Part shown: positions 1-11,352 of the stretch, piece after piece
How positions within the stretch are numbered: the first letter of the stretch is position 1
How the letters are laid out: every line of letters starts with the position of its first letter
NCBI GenBank assembly: GCA_000934665.2
Contig: KZ537984.1
Coordinates: forward strand, 124,001 to 188,000
Reading direction: 5' to 3'
From: Catajapyx aquilonaris
Lineage: Eukaryota
Length of the DNA: 64,000 nucleotides
The notes under the pieces: model-generated
Seen by the model: only the letters and a program-made list of their open reading frames with translations
Told to the model about the DNA's origin: nothing
Database searches by the model: none
Program-made: the position numbers and the translations under genes

Positions 1-59
1 AACCAAGATTTGACCCAATGACCCACAAAATCAGGTATGTCGCAAAGATGAGGACACCT

Positions 60-211
60 CAAGGGGTTAGTCACTTATGAAGTCCTTTGTACTGTACACA
101 GAGACTGACGTCCAGTCGCAGTTGGGCTGACGTCTGGACAAAGTTCGTGAAGTGCGACTGAAGTCTAATCGAACACAGTCTTGTCGTATGCTATCAAGTG
201 ACTAACCCCTC
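60..211. mobile_element. Short MITE-like element (possibly Mutator-type) in an RYBP/YAF2 intron
   Basis: Perfect 15-bp inverted repeat AGGGGTTAGTCACTT (62-76) / AAGTGACTAACCCCT (196-210), flanked by a 9-bp direct repeat AGGACACCT (51-59, 212-220). There is also an internal inverted CAGTCGCA/TGCGACTG pair. The superfamily is inferred from TSD length only. Confidence 0.55.
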
Positions 212-272
212 AGGACACCTTCTTTTAAGAAACCAGATGGTTCCACCATGTATGACACCAACAGTAACTTAC

Positions 273-701
273 GGATGCTTGCTCTTCTTAGCCACCTTGT
301 CTGTGGGCATGCTCTTCTTTTCCGTCTTCTCTTTTCCCTCCTTTGTTGTTTCCTTCTTGACCTTTGGTGGCGTGCTGTTGAACTGCTGGGCCACCTGTTG
401 GGCCACAAGCTGTGGGTTTATCCGCGGCTTCCTGTAAAAAAATGATTACAGTTTAGATTGCCATTAGTTTTATCTAAACGTATACGTTTACCTTGTGGAC
501 GTTCCCTTCCGTACGTCGCACATGAGGCACTTGAAGGCCTCGGCCGTGTTGCGATAAGTGCACACGCTGCAATCCCAGTAGTCCTCCAGCACCTTAGCCT
601 GCCTCTTATTCCGCCTGAAACGCAACATACTTTAAGCATCTGCCAGCCCTTCCTTTTATCACAACTTCATACCTGTTGGCAGCGTTCTTCTTGTGGTCCA
701 T
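273..701 (-). CDS. RYBP/YAF2: RYBP/YAF2 family Polycomb (variant PRC1) RanBP2-type zinc-finger protein, 5' part; gene continues past the left edge
   Basis: Exons 701-673, 614-492, 431-273, with GT-AG introns and consistent phase 2. Translation: [68 protein letters not shown]. This contains the W-x-C-x2-C...C-x2-C finger and the [16 protein letters not shown] segment typical of RYBP/YAF2. The C-terminal RING1-binding exon is not in the window. Confidence 0.93.
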
Positions 702-1100
702 GTCCGGTCCTCAGGTCTTACTTAGACCCAGGGGCGGATACTGGGGGGCAGAGGTTCTTGTTTGGAGGCTCGACTCTAGTGGGGGTGGGAGAGGGATGGG
801 GCTCACCGTGATAAGAACGGAAACTGCAGGCACACACACCAGAGGGGCAATCGGCCCAGGGGTGTGAACCGGTCTGAACAACAAGGGGCGGCCCACGGGC
901 GAGTTTTAAAGCCGGGGGCGAACTCGAAATTAAACTTAAAGATTTGGAGCCGCCATCTTGGTATGGGATGGAACGAGTTTTGCAAGTTCAACCGCTTTGG
1001 ACACACACGCGCATGCGCTATAGCCACTGCGCATGCGTTGGTTAATATTCGAAAAATCATGTTGGGAAAAAAAAAATCCGCAGACATCCAAGATGGCGGC
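702..1100. promoter_or_regulatory. Bidirectional promoter shared by RYBP/YAF2 and ZC3HC1, with YY1/Pho-type and NRF1/Ewg-type motifs
   Basis: Start codons at 701 (-) and 1093 (+). CCAAGATGGCGGC occurs on minus at 961-949 and on plus at 1088-1100. GCGCATGCGC is at 1009-1018 and TGCGCATGCG at 1028-1037. Confidence 0.7.
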
Positions 1101-3605
1101 CGATACGGGAGGGAGTCGGGAAGAATGTTCGATTGAATCCAGCCAGCGCTTCGATCCTTTCCTGTTGGACGCCCGGGACTTCATGAAGGAGAAGGAGCAG
1201 ACGGCCAGGTAGATAGCCCAGGGTGGGAAAAGGACATGCAGCAACAGAAGGCCGAAAGTAAAGCGCATGGTTCAGGCAGCATGTGATAATCAAAATAATT
1301 AATTATTAGAACGTACAACCATAATTTGCATGAATTCACACAGTGCAAGTACCACAATATTGTGTCTTTTCAGATCTGAACTTGTAAGACCACGTTGTAT
1401 CTTCAAGTTGAGCAAACGATGCGCGCCGACTGCTAAACCTTGGAGTCATCATGATTTTGTGGGGCGCTTGAAGACGTTCAGTCCGATTAACTGGCCTTAT
1501 AAGCGTGTATCGCCGATTGAGTGTGCGATGAGAGGATGGGTTATCTACGGGATGAACCGGATTACTTGCATTACCTGTAAGGGTCGCATCTACGGAGGGA
1601 TTATGGACACCAAGTACACAGACCTTTGTAAGAAGCTGCTGCAATGTTATGTTTAAAAATGGTTTTCAATTTTTACTTACTGGCTGTTCAATTTCAGATG
1701 AACAGTGGGTCCAGAAACTGCGATCTAATCTCCAAGAGCGGCATGAACTTTGCTGTCCATGGCGAGTGAACCCAACGAGGCTTGAGTTTGAGTATATCTT
1801 TGACCCAGGGAAGGTCCCGCAGTTAGGATTCATTAGAAGGCTCAAGAAGTTTTCACAAGTCAATATGCTTCCAGAGTTGTCAGAAGAATTCTTGGAGTCC
1901 ATCTCTGAAGATACGGAAACAATCAACTCAATTTCTTCCAGACTTGAGAGTGTTCCTGAAGAAAGGGTGGCTCTCATTCTTGCGTTATGTGGGTGGGAGG
2001 TTAAATCGGCAGACGTCCTGTGCTGTGGGATTTGCCTCAGAGATGTGTTCATTCGCACATTTGGTCAGACTGTGTCACGTGCGTCTACTCCATCACAGTC
2101 AGGGGCAGACGACTCATATCAGAACAATCTGACAGACAGTGATTTAGCAACAGACATTTCTACTAGTGTGTTAGAACCCAACACATCTGTGAACGAGGAA
2201 TCAGTGGGTGATGTGGGTGAGAGAAATGGCGATTGTGATATTGGTCACTTGGTAGCACAGTTGGAACTAAATGGCAAGGTCGCAGGCGACACCGAAAAAA
2301 TAAGTGAGGAAATTGTGGTAAATTCAGACACTGCTGAAATGGAAGTGCAATCAGAGTCCAATGAAGATAATCTTGGTGCCAAAACTGTTGATACCATTGA
2401 AATGAAAGACTCGCTGGCATGCAGCGAAAAAGACAGTCCAAGTGCAGGTGTGGTCCGCGAAGACCTAAAAATTGATCCAAAGTCTGAGGAGAGGGATGAG
2501 GCGGCTGATGTGATGGATACTGATATGACTGAAGAAAATACATGCAAGCAAGCTGATTCAGACTCAAATGCGACTGATTTGGAGCAGAAATTACGACCTG
2601 AGGTAGGTGAAGGCACCAAGATCAAGTCTGATGCGATGGACGCAGTGTCAAATGAAGAGGTAAACTCGCCTTCCAATAAGAAGGGCCACCAAGGTGAGGA
2701 TAAAGACATCTCGGTTGAACCAGACAAGAATGGTATCTCTTTGGATAAAAATGATGAGAATGTTACCGCTGAAGGAGACAGTACAAGTGATATCCCGTCT
2801 GAAGAGGTCAAGAAGAATGAAATTCCAGCTGAAGGGGACGAGAAGAATGCAATTCCAGCCGAAGACGATGATAAGAAAGGAATTTCTATTGATGAAGGCC
2901 TGCCAGCGGAAGAGAAGAGCTTACCAAATTCCAACTGCAAAAATGAGGCAGTGCAGTTGGAAGTTGATGCAAATGTGAATACCACAACAAGTGAGTTAGG
3001 TGAAGAGAAGTGCTCAGAAACTGGCATTTCAGAAGCTGAACCCAGTGAGGAGGCGCCAAAAAATGAGAAGAATGATGATACGATATTTGTGGCACCGAAA
3101 ATCGAGTGCCATGAATCTGATGTCCATAGTGAAGCTGACACTGTAGAAAACACCTTTTTAGCTGACGACATGGAGGCCGAAACGTCGTCCGTGGTAGCGC
3201 CTTCCACTGAACCGAATTCTCCAAACACTTCCTTCCTGATTCCACCAGATCCAAACGCTGCGTCGAAGAAAAGACGTAGATCCACGAGCATAATTCAGAT
3301 GAAGAAGTTCCGACCGTCTTCATTCCACCCTCTCAACAGCCACCGATTCTGGTGTCCATGGGCAGCACCGAACGACATCGTGAAGCACATGTCCAACACC
3401 AAACTTCCCGGATGGAAACTCTACATGTCCAACATCAACAACAACCTCATCAGAAGTCCAGACACCATCAGATTATGCCACAGCTCCACATATGTAAGTA
3501 TGGAACACATTAATGTACGAGTAGTTGCTAACATCAATTTCTTTCTAGTCGACAGCGGAAGACGGACTGCGAAGGATACGCCGCGTCCTTGGAAAGTGCC
3601 TCTAG
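1093..3605 (+). CDS. ZC3HC1: ZC3HC1/NIPA-like C3HC zinc-finger protein, ~740 aa
   Basis: Exons 1093-1208, 1374-1627, 1698-3493, 3549-3605 (2223 nt, in frame, all GT-AG). First module: PWSHHDFVGRLKTF...SPIECAMRGW...CITC...HELCCPW. Second module: LALCGW...CGICLRD...FHPLNSHRFWCPW, split by a long acidic insert. Basic NLS-like KKRRRS; AATAAA at 3682. Confidence 0.88.
2810..2898 (+). repeat. Degenerate ~30-bp coding tandem repeat in the ZC3HC1 acidic insert
   Basis: Peptide units KKNEIPAEGDE / KNAIPAEDDD / KKGISIDEG; DNA units AAGAATGAAATTCCAGCTGAAG / AAGAATGCAATTCCAGCCGAAG. Confidence 0.6.
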
Positions 3606-3809
3606 CAGTCTACCGCAACAACTCGCCAACGAAAGCCTATTTTTATGTGTACAAGATCCGCAATTTTTTTTAAAGTAACTCAATAAAATAATTGTCATTT
3701 TTTTTGTGGCAGGAACTCAACATCTAATAAAAGTAACAACTTTTCGAATGGAAGTAGCTGTTACGTTGCTTTCAGTCCATTGTTTACACGTTCCAGTTTT
3801 AGCAGCGAT

Positions 3810-3838
3810 CTGATTGGTGGTGGGGCTGACGCATGCGT
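3810..3838. promoter_or_regulatory. QARS proximal promoter motifs (inverted CCAAT box, NRF1-like palindrome)
   Basis: CTGATTGG at 3810-3817 and ACGCATGCGT at 3829-3838, about 100 bp upstream of the ATG at 3933. Confidence 0.4.
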
Positions 3839-3932
3839 AGTTCGGTTTTTGTGCGGCTGGCAGGTGTAAACGGGCCGGCGTCCGTGTCACGTTGCTTCTT
3901 GTGTCGGGGACACATCAAGAGGGGGCTTGACA

Positions 3933-6900
3933 ATGTCTGAGGAGGCCATCAGGCTGTTCCAGAGCGTGGGGCTGAGCGAGCAGAAGGCGAAGGAGACGGC
4001 CGTCAACACGAATCTGTCGAAGAACCTGACTCAGGCCATTGTGCAGGTGAGGAAATGGACATTTTTTTTGGTCACATGTTGCATCATGCAAGTCTTTTTC
4101 CAGCAGACCTTGACATTTTGAGAGATAACCTGTAGGGCATATGTTAATGATGTGTATTACACTGCCTATCATTTACAGAGCCAAGAGTATGGGCTGAAAC
4201 TGGATCCAAAACAAGGAGTCTTGCTCTACCAGATTGCGTCGAAGATCCGACCGCAAATTCAGAACCGGTTGCCCACGTTGGTGCAGTATGTCTGTACCGG
4301 TAAAATCGATGGGGAGATCCGTATGCAAGGTACACCGGAAAACAAACAGAAAAAAAATTAACATATAAATGATGTGTCATCAATTTGTTTCAGCTGCGTT
4401 GGACTACTTCATATCGCATATTAATCAAGATTTAAATATCAAGGAGTTTGAGGATGCGTGCGGTGTTGGAGTTATTGTTACTCCTGAAGATGTGGAGCAA
4501 GCTGTGGAGAAAGTTATTGCTAAGCATAAGGCTCAGCTGGTGGAGGAAAGATATGCTTTCAATGTTGGGCTGCTGATGCAGGAAGCACGGATGGCTCTGA
4601 AGTGGGCGGATGGGAAAGCTGTGAAGAATGAGGTGGATGTCCAGGTTTTGGATCTGCTTGGACCTAAGACCCTACAGGATTTGTCCGGGAAGGACAAGAA
4701 GGCCAAGAAAGCAAAGCCTGAGAAGAAGACAGTGCCTGAACAAAAAGCGGACGAATCGGATGGGGCTGCTACCATCGGTGAGCTTATGAAGAAACTTAAC
4801 TTTCACAGGCCAGGTGAAAACCACAAGTCGGATGGATACGTCATTACGCCAAACACACCTGACCTGCTTAAGGCCCATGTGAAACTAACTGGTGGGCAGG
4901 TACGCACTCGATTTCCACCCGAACCCAATGGAATTCTTCACATCGGTCATGCAAAGGCCATCAACATAAACTTTGGATATGCAGCTGCCAACAATGGTGT
5001 ATGCTTCTTGCGTTACGATGACACCAACCCAGAGAAGGAGGAGGAGAAGTACTTTACGGCCATTCGGGAAATGGTGGAGTGGCTTGGATACAAGCCCTAC
5101 AAAGTGACGCACTCATCAGATAATTTTGATCAGTTGTATCTGTGGGCAGTGGAACTCATTCGTAAAGGGATGGCATACGTTTGCCACCAGAAGTCTGAGG
5201 AGATCAAGGGATTCAATCCGCCACCATCACCTTGGAGGGACAGGCCCATTGAGGAGTCACTTACACTGTTTCGGGTGGGTTTTGTGTATGATGAAATTGT
5301 AATTTATAATAATACGTGCTTCAGCGTCTCTCGGGTTAACTGCCAAGTGGTCAAGCTCGACAATAAATATTGTCAGCAGTTACACAATTTTGTTTTGTAA
5401 CTTCACACATGCTTTTTTAACCCATAGGACATGAAGCATGGCAGGATATGGGAAGGTGAAGCCACCCTTCGGATGAAGGTAACTCTGGAAGAGGGAAAGC
5501 AAGATCCAGTTGCATACCGTATCAAGTTCACTCCTCACCACCGCAGTGGGGGCAAGTGGTGCATTTACCCTACTTATGACTACACGCATTGCCTCTGTGA
5601 TTCTATTGAGCACATCACCCACTCGCTTTGTACCAAGGAGTTCCAGAGCCGGTGAGTTCAGTAGATCCCAATTAGCCGTTGATTTTAAAAGTTCGCAGGA
5701 AGCAAATTTACATGAACATGAAAACATGTTCGCATAAAGCTTGTGACTGTTTTTACTATAATTTCATTATTATTTTCCAGTCGGTCTTCCTATTATTGGT
5801 TATGCAATGCTCTGGACATCTACTGCCCTGTCCAGTGGGAGTATGGACGTCTCAATGTCAACTATACTGTGGTGTCCAAGAGGAAGATAGCTAACCTGAT
5901 AACATCAAAAGTGGTGAATGACTGGGACGACCCCCGACTCTTTACCCTCACTGCCCTGAGGCGCAGGGGCTTCCCAGCTGAGGCCATCAACAACTTTTGT
6001 GCCCTGGTTGGCGTCACAGGAGCACAAGCAACTGTTGATCCACAGATGTTGGAGGCATGTGTTAGAGATGTACTTAACATCACTGCTCCAAGGTATGGAA
6101 AAGTTGTCACTATACAGCATGAATGTCAGAGTGCAGAATCGTCACTATGTTTTTGAGCGATATAGTACAGTATGTGCATTTGTAAGGTAAGCTTTAATGG
6201 CTACATTAATGTGATTGTGGCTTTTGTTTCTTTACAGAGCAATGGTAGTGTTGGAGCCACTCAAAGTAGTCATCACCGCAAACTTCCAAAGTGAAGGAGA
6301 TGTAATTTTGAATGTACCAAACTTTCCCAGCGACCCTGAGAAAGGAAGCCATACTGTGCCTTTGTCTCGTGTGCTGTACATTGAAGACAGTGATTTCAGA
6401 GAGGTATAGAGCCAAGTCTGAACAAAATAATAACCTTTTGGGGAACGCGATACAAAATTTTGGTTATTAGCCATTAACATTTGGGAAATTTTGTGTTGTT
6501 AGAAGTTTTCATAATATTACAACTGCAGTTGTTATAGTACTGTAAACTTACAGACACTAGATTTGTGCATGCTTTAAAATGCTTCCATAATAGACTACAT
6601 GCTTTCGGTTGCAGACTGGTGACAAGGGGTACAGACGCTTGACCCTGACCCAACCTGTGGGTTTGAAACATGCAAGCCTTCTCCTATCTGTGACCAAAGT
6701 GGTGAAAGATGCATCTGGAAAAGTTGATCACTTAGAAGCGACTTGCCATCCAATGAATGAAGGTCAAAAGCCAAAAGCCTTTATTCACTGGGTGTCACAT
6801 CCAACTGAAGTGGAAGTCAGGATGTATGATAGACTGTAAGTCAGTTTTAGTCATTTTAGTTGCGTCCTTTTTTTTCTGCAGGAATTTAGTAAGCTTTGTT

Positions 6901-7217
6901 GTTCCAGGTTCAATCACAAGAATCCTGAGGATCCTAACGAGGTTCCTGGTGGATATCTTACCGATTGCAATCCTAATTCGCTGACTGTCTGCACGGCCTA
7001 TGCTGATCAGTCCGTCAAAGGGACCAAAGTTTATGACAAGTTTCAGTTTGAAAGACAAGGTTTCTTCTCTGTGGATCCTGACAGTTCATCTGAAAAGGTA
7101 ATTCATGATACTTACAGATTTAATTGGCATTACTAAAAACCATATCTTGATTTCGTTTCCTTCCAGTTGGTGTTCAATCGAACTGTTGGGCTGAAGGAGG
7201 ATGCTGGGAAAGACTGA
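3933..7217 (+). CDS. QARS1: Glutaminyl-tRNA synthetase, cytoplasmic, ~769 aa
   Basis: Exons 3933-4046, 4179-4329, 4394-5274, 5428-5651, 5781-6092, 6238-6403, 6615-6835, 6908-7097, 7167-7217 (2310 nt, in frame). Motifs: [19 protein letters not shown] (class I HIGH), [26 protein letters not shown] (KMSKS equivalent), [28 protein letters not shown]. Has the eukaryotic N-terminal extension; AATAAA at 7251. Confidence 0.97.
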
Positions 7218-10200
7218 ACCGCCCAATGCAACTTATGTGAAGTTTCCAATAATAAAAGAGTTGATTTTGGTCTATTCCTTGGAGTCGTATTTTCTGGTAC
7301 GAATCGAGGGAGCATGGGATGGAGACAAAAAGTAGCGTTATTAATCATTAACGTAATTTGCTTTATTCTGCATCTGATTATTTCATGTCTGATACATATT
7401 AATTGTGTTGAAAAAAGAAGTTCTGCATATAAATATGCATTACTTATATTGTTTGGGTGAAAAGCTCTTTCAAGAATTTTTGAAGGCAGCAATATCTCCC
7501 CAAACTTAAAACAGCCTCTCTGATGACAATGGCAAAGATATGAAAAAGGAGAATTACAAGAAAAGTTGGGGGGGGGGGTTAGAGGTATTATCCAGAAATT
7601 GCTTACATCGCTAACGTGTAAATGGAGGTGCAGGTTAACAACAGCTGCCATGCGAAGAGCGACCCCGCGCCTTTGCATGTGCAGGGGGGGAGGAGCGTAT
7701 ATCACATTTATCCCTTTTTGCTGTCACTGTCTTGAGCCAGTGGACAGTAGTTTTGCCGAGCTACAGAATATTTCCCGACCAAAAAAAAAAGTGCATTATT
7801 GCAATTTAAGAAAAAGGTAGGCAAGTCATGTTACTTGTGTATGACATCCAGAGTTTTAAAATGTACGGGAACTGCTTAGTAAAAAGTATGATTGTCTTGT
7901 TGTGAGGGGGATGAATATCATTATATGCGTAATGATTTCACAGAAAGAGAGAGAGAGACTTGGGTGTACTCATTTGCAAGTTAATTACCTGAGTACCTGT
8001 GAGTGCATATTATGACACGAACCTGTGGCATACCATGAAGCAACTAGGTTTATGCAACCTTCACTGTAGCTTGAAATAATCAGAACATGTTATAAATATT
8101 ACAATAGTCATAACAGGTGGCCTTCTGGGAGTTGCAGCATGCATTCGTAGGCCTATGCTGCAAGTCGCAGAGCAGGGCGCCTGTTATCGTATACATTTGT
8201 AAGACAACGTGGCACATTAGAGTACATTTGGAATTACAGGAGGGGGGGGGTCTTCTACCAAGATAAGAGTTGACGAGAGAATTAGACGATAGATTTGTTA
8301 GTCGCATGAGACTCTCCAGGAATCCTGAGGAGAGAAACATGGACTGTTCAAGAACGACAAGAAATACACTGGGGATATGTTACAATGGACGGAGGTTGGA
8401 CTGATAAAGGTTTTTGCAGAGGTTCATAAGAATTCTGCGCAACATTCCCACTTCTGCCGTTTTTTAAATACTTCTTTTATTCTCCTGTTCGTTATAGAAC
8501 AAGTCTGGCTCATACTCTGCTAAGAAGACTACTCTCGGGGTAGAGATAGTTAACAGTACAAGGAATGCCAAACTATGCCAAGTTCACGTTTAGCATGAGT
8601 AGTGAATATTTCTAAAAAACAAATTTGAGGTCAATATTAAATCTTGATCTATTTTGGCATCCCAATCAATGGTAATTACATTAATTACAATAAGTGACTA
8701 AGACATTGGCAACGTAATGAAAGCATTTTTAACTATAACAACAACACATTCAGGGTCCATGCTATGCCACGAATATACCTTGCACAACCTGCTGCCCAAA
8801 CATGACCATGATTATTCATCAGCACACATCATACGGCCATGAATATGAAACAAAAACCAACTCTTTGGTAATACTCACATCCCCATTTATCACAACGCAT
8901 GGGGCCAACAAGATTTTGATACCTGTTAAGCAAGCATAAGTTTGGTAGCCAATTAAATTGCCTTTGGTAAATATTGATGGTGTAATGTTGTGTTTGGAAT
9001 AACCACAATTTTATAGCAACAAAGGATTCAAACGCAAAAAAAAAAAAAAAAAAGTTGCAAGAGTGCAAGAGAGCTTGGCTTTTACATCATCCTGGAACTC
9101 TTCCCATAAGATGTAATTTTCAAATATTGTGCCAAAAATTTTTGCTATACTTTGCCATTTTATTTTTGCCTATAGTTACAAAGCCTTGAGTATATCACGA
9201 CCCATGTCTTATTCGAGAGGGGGGCCAATCCTCTCTCGTATCCACTTCATTAGGCTTTAATGTCCGAATGCTCCCTTATTTCCCCCCCTCCCTCCCTCTC
9301 TAGGTTTGATGCAGTGCCTCATTAACATGGTGAACAATAAAATTTCTGGTGGCCCCCTCTGGGCTATTCCGGGATGGCGTGCAAGCAAACGCTGCGTGAT
9401 TGCCTACGCTGCTCTCTCTAATCGCTCGCGTGACGTCATCCAAAGTCACGAAATTACAGGACTATATCTCGTAACATTTTTTTTTTTTTTTTTTGACAAA
9501 CATTTCTAGAGAAAAATAATAATAATTTGGGAGTTGACTCCATGCTTTAGGTTCACACAATATTCTGTAAAATAATGATGACGCGACGCGAGGCGATTGA
9601 ACTATTTACATAATGTACAGGATTCATGGACGGCATGTTTTGGGCTGCAAAAATCTCAAATAGGAAGACGAGATCCGTCCAGAAACGTACCCAAATGCAG
9701 GTAGGTAATACAGAATATATATAATTACATTCCTTGCTCGTGGATCGTTCCCCGTTTTTGTTTCAGTTAATTAAACACTACAGCTGTGTTGGTCTTACAA
9801 ATGTTTTATACCCTAATTATGTCTAAATTGTATACAAATTGTGTGGTATAGGCGCTGCCTTGCAGGTAAAAAGCGTTACGTTGAGAGTACGACATCTAAG
9901 TACGATAATTAAATTTGTTTTTAAAAGGTCGCACATGTACAAAAAAAGAAAAAAAATAGTGATCCCTGGTTATCCCCTAATGAAAAGAAAGAGGTACATT
10001 TTTTTTGTACCTCCGATAAGACGCAAACACTCTTTCACATGCATTTACACAGTCGGAAGTACATATAGCGTGTGAGCAACGATTCTGTATAGGAAGTGTT
10101 AGAAACAGGAAGTACAGTATATGCGTACAGGGAGCGCCCTTCTTTTCTTAAAAGAATTTTAATCTCTTTATAATAAAAAAAACAACTGCACAGTACCAGG

Positions 10201-11352
10201 TTCTTACTCGTGCTTCTGTGTACTTTCGGCATTTTAAGTCATGAAAACACGAAGTCTTGCTGTCTAAGTCATCCTACCTAAAAAAAAGCTGCAATTTTCC
10301 GGTGACTCGATTGAAAAGATTGGTCACACACACACACACACACATAAAAAAAACAACTTTGAACCCGAATGAACTTTGCGTGTGTGGAGCTGATCTAGTA
10401 TGCATCGAAAAGATGGACACGGTGAACCGTCGGAACCAACTATAGACAAGGAAAAAAAAAAAAATTGCAAAGAGGACTAGCTCTCTAATGCATGGCAAGA
10501 ATAGAAAAGGTAACGATCGAAACACGTCCAATAAAAAAAAGAAAGAAGTAGAGTAGTGCTGTCGATAATTCCCCAGACATTCTTAAAAAAGGCCTACCCT
10601 GGATTGCCGTAGTAAAATGGACAAAGAGCGAGAGGTTTTATAGATCGGAAACATACGGAGGCCAGAACCGAATCAAATGATGGTCGGCCATTGAAAAAAT
10701 GACAGGAGAAAGAGAGAGAAAAAGAAACTGACAACGAGATGAGGACAAACAGCAAGAAAGACACACTTTCGCGTTATTATTTTTAATAACCTCTTGAGCA
10801 TTGGACCACGAAACCGCCATTTCTTGTCTTGAAGATTAATTAATTAACCCAGGTTACGACGTTTGACATCCAACTTGCATACTGTATACACCTTACGAGA
10901 CGATATACGAACAACTCTGGAGGAATAATTTGCACAGAAAAAAAAAATGAAACGAGAAATTCTGATTGAATAGACTGTTTTGCATGGGCATTTTTTGTGC
11001 CATTTTACAGGGTGAATCCCGAGCAGGTGAGGTTTACGTTTTTTTTTTAAATTTAAAAAAAGCAATTTTAATTACGCCGCGGACATGCATTGTGTAGGCG
11101 TGTGATGCAGCTCGGGGCGGATTGGGGTACGTGTGATGTTCGGTAACGATGCTATCGGATTACAACACTCCGACATCATTATTACGGGAGCTGTTGGCAT
11201 CATTTTAGCCATTTTTTTCATTTAAAAAAATTTGATTGCGCTTTGGCCCGTTTCTTACCGGACCGGCTGATTACTTTTAATTTTTAAATTTTTCTTTTGA
11301 GGGGGGTGTCCAATCGTTGGGGGATCTTGATGAGGTGTTGTCCTCTCCACGG

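Noticed and set aside
2245..3291. 348-aa minus-strand ORF
   Set aside because: Antisense shadow of the acidic low-complexity ZC3HC1 exon; Ser/Phe-rich with no domain features.
3494..3673. ORF-track C-terminus of the 674-aa ORF (VSMEHINVR...IRNFF)
   Set aside because: Reads through a canonical 55-nt GTAAGT...TTTCTAG intron; splicing gives the more plausible STAEDGLRRIRRVLGKCL* ending.
9500..11280. Possible additional gene between QARS and the SPMIP1-like gene
   Set aside because: Only short low-complexity ORFs; may be a long minus-strand 3' UTR, but that cannot be shown from sequence alone.
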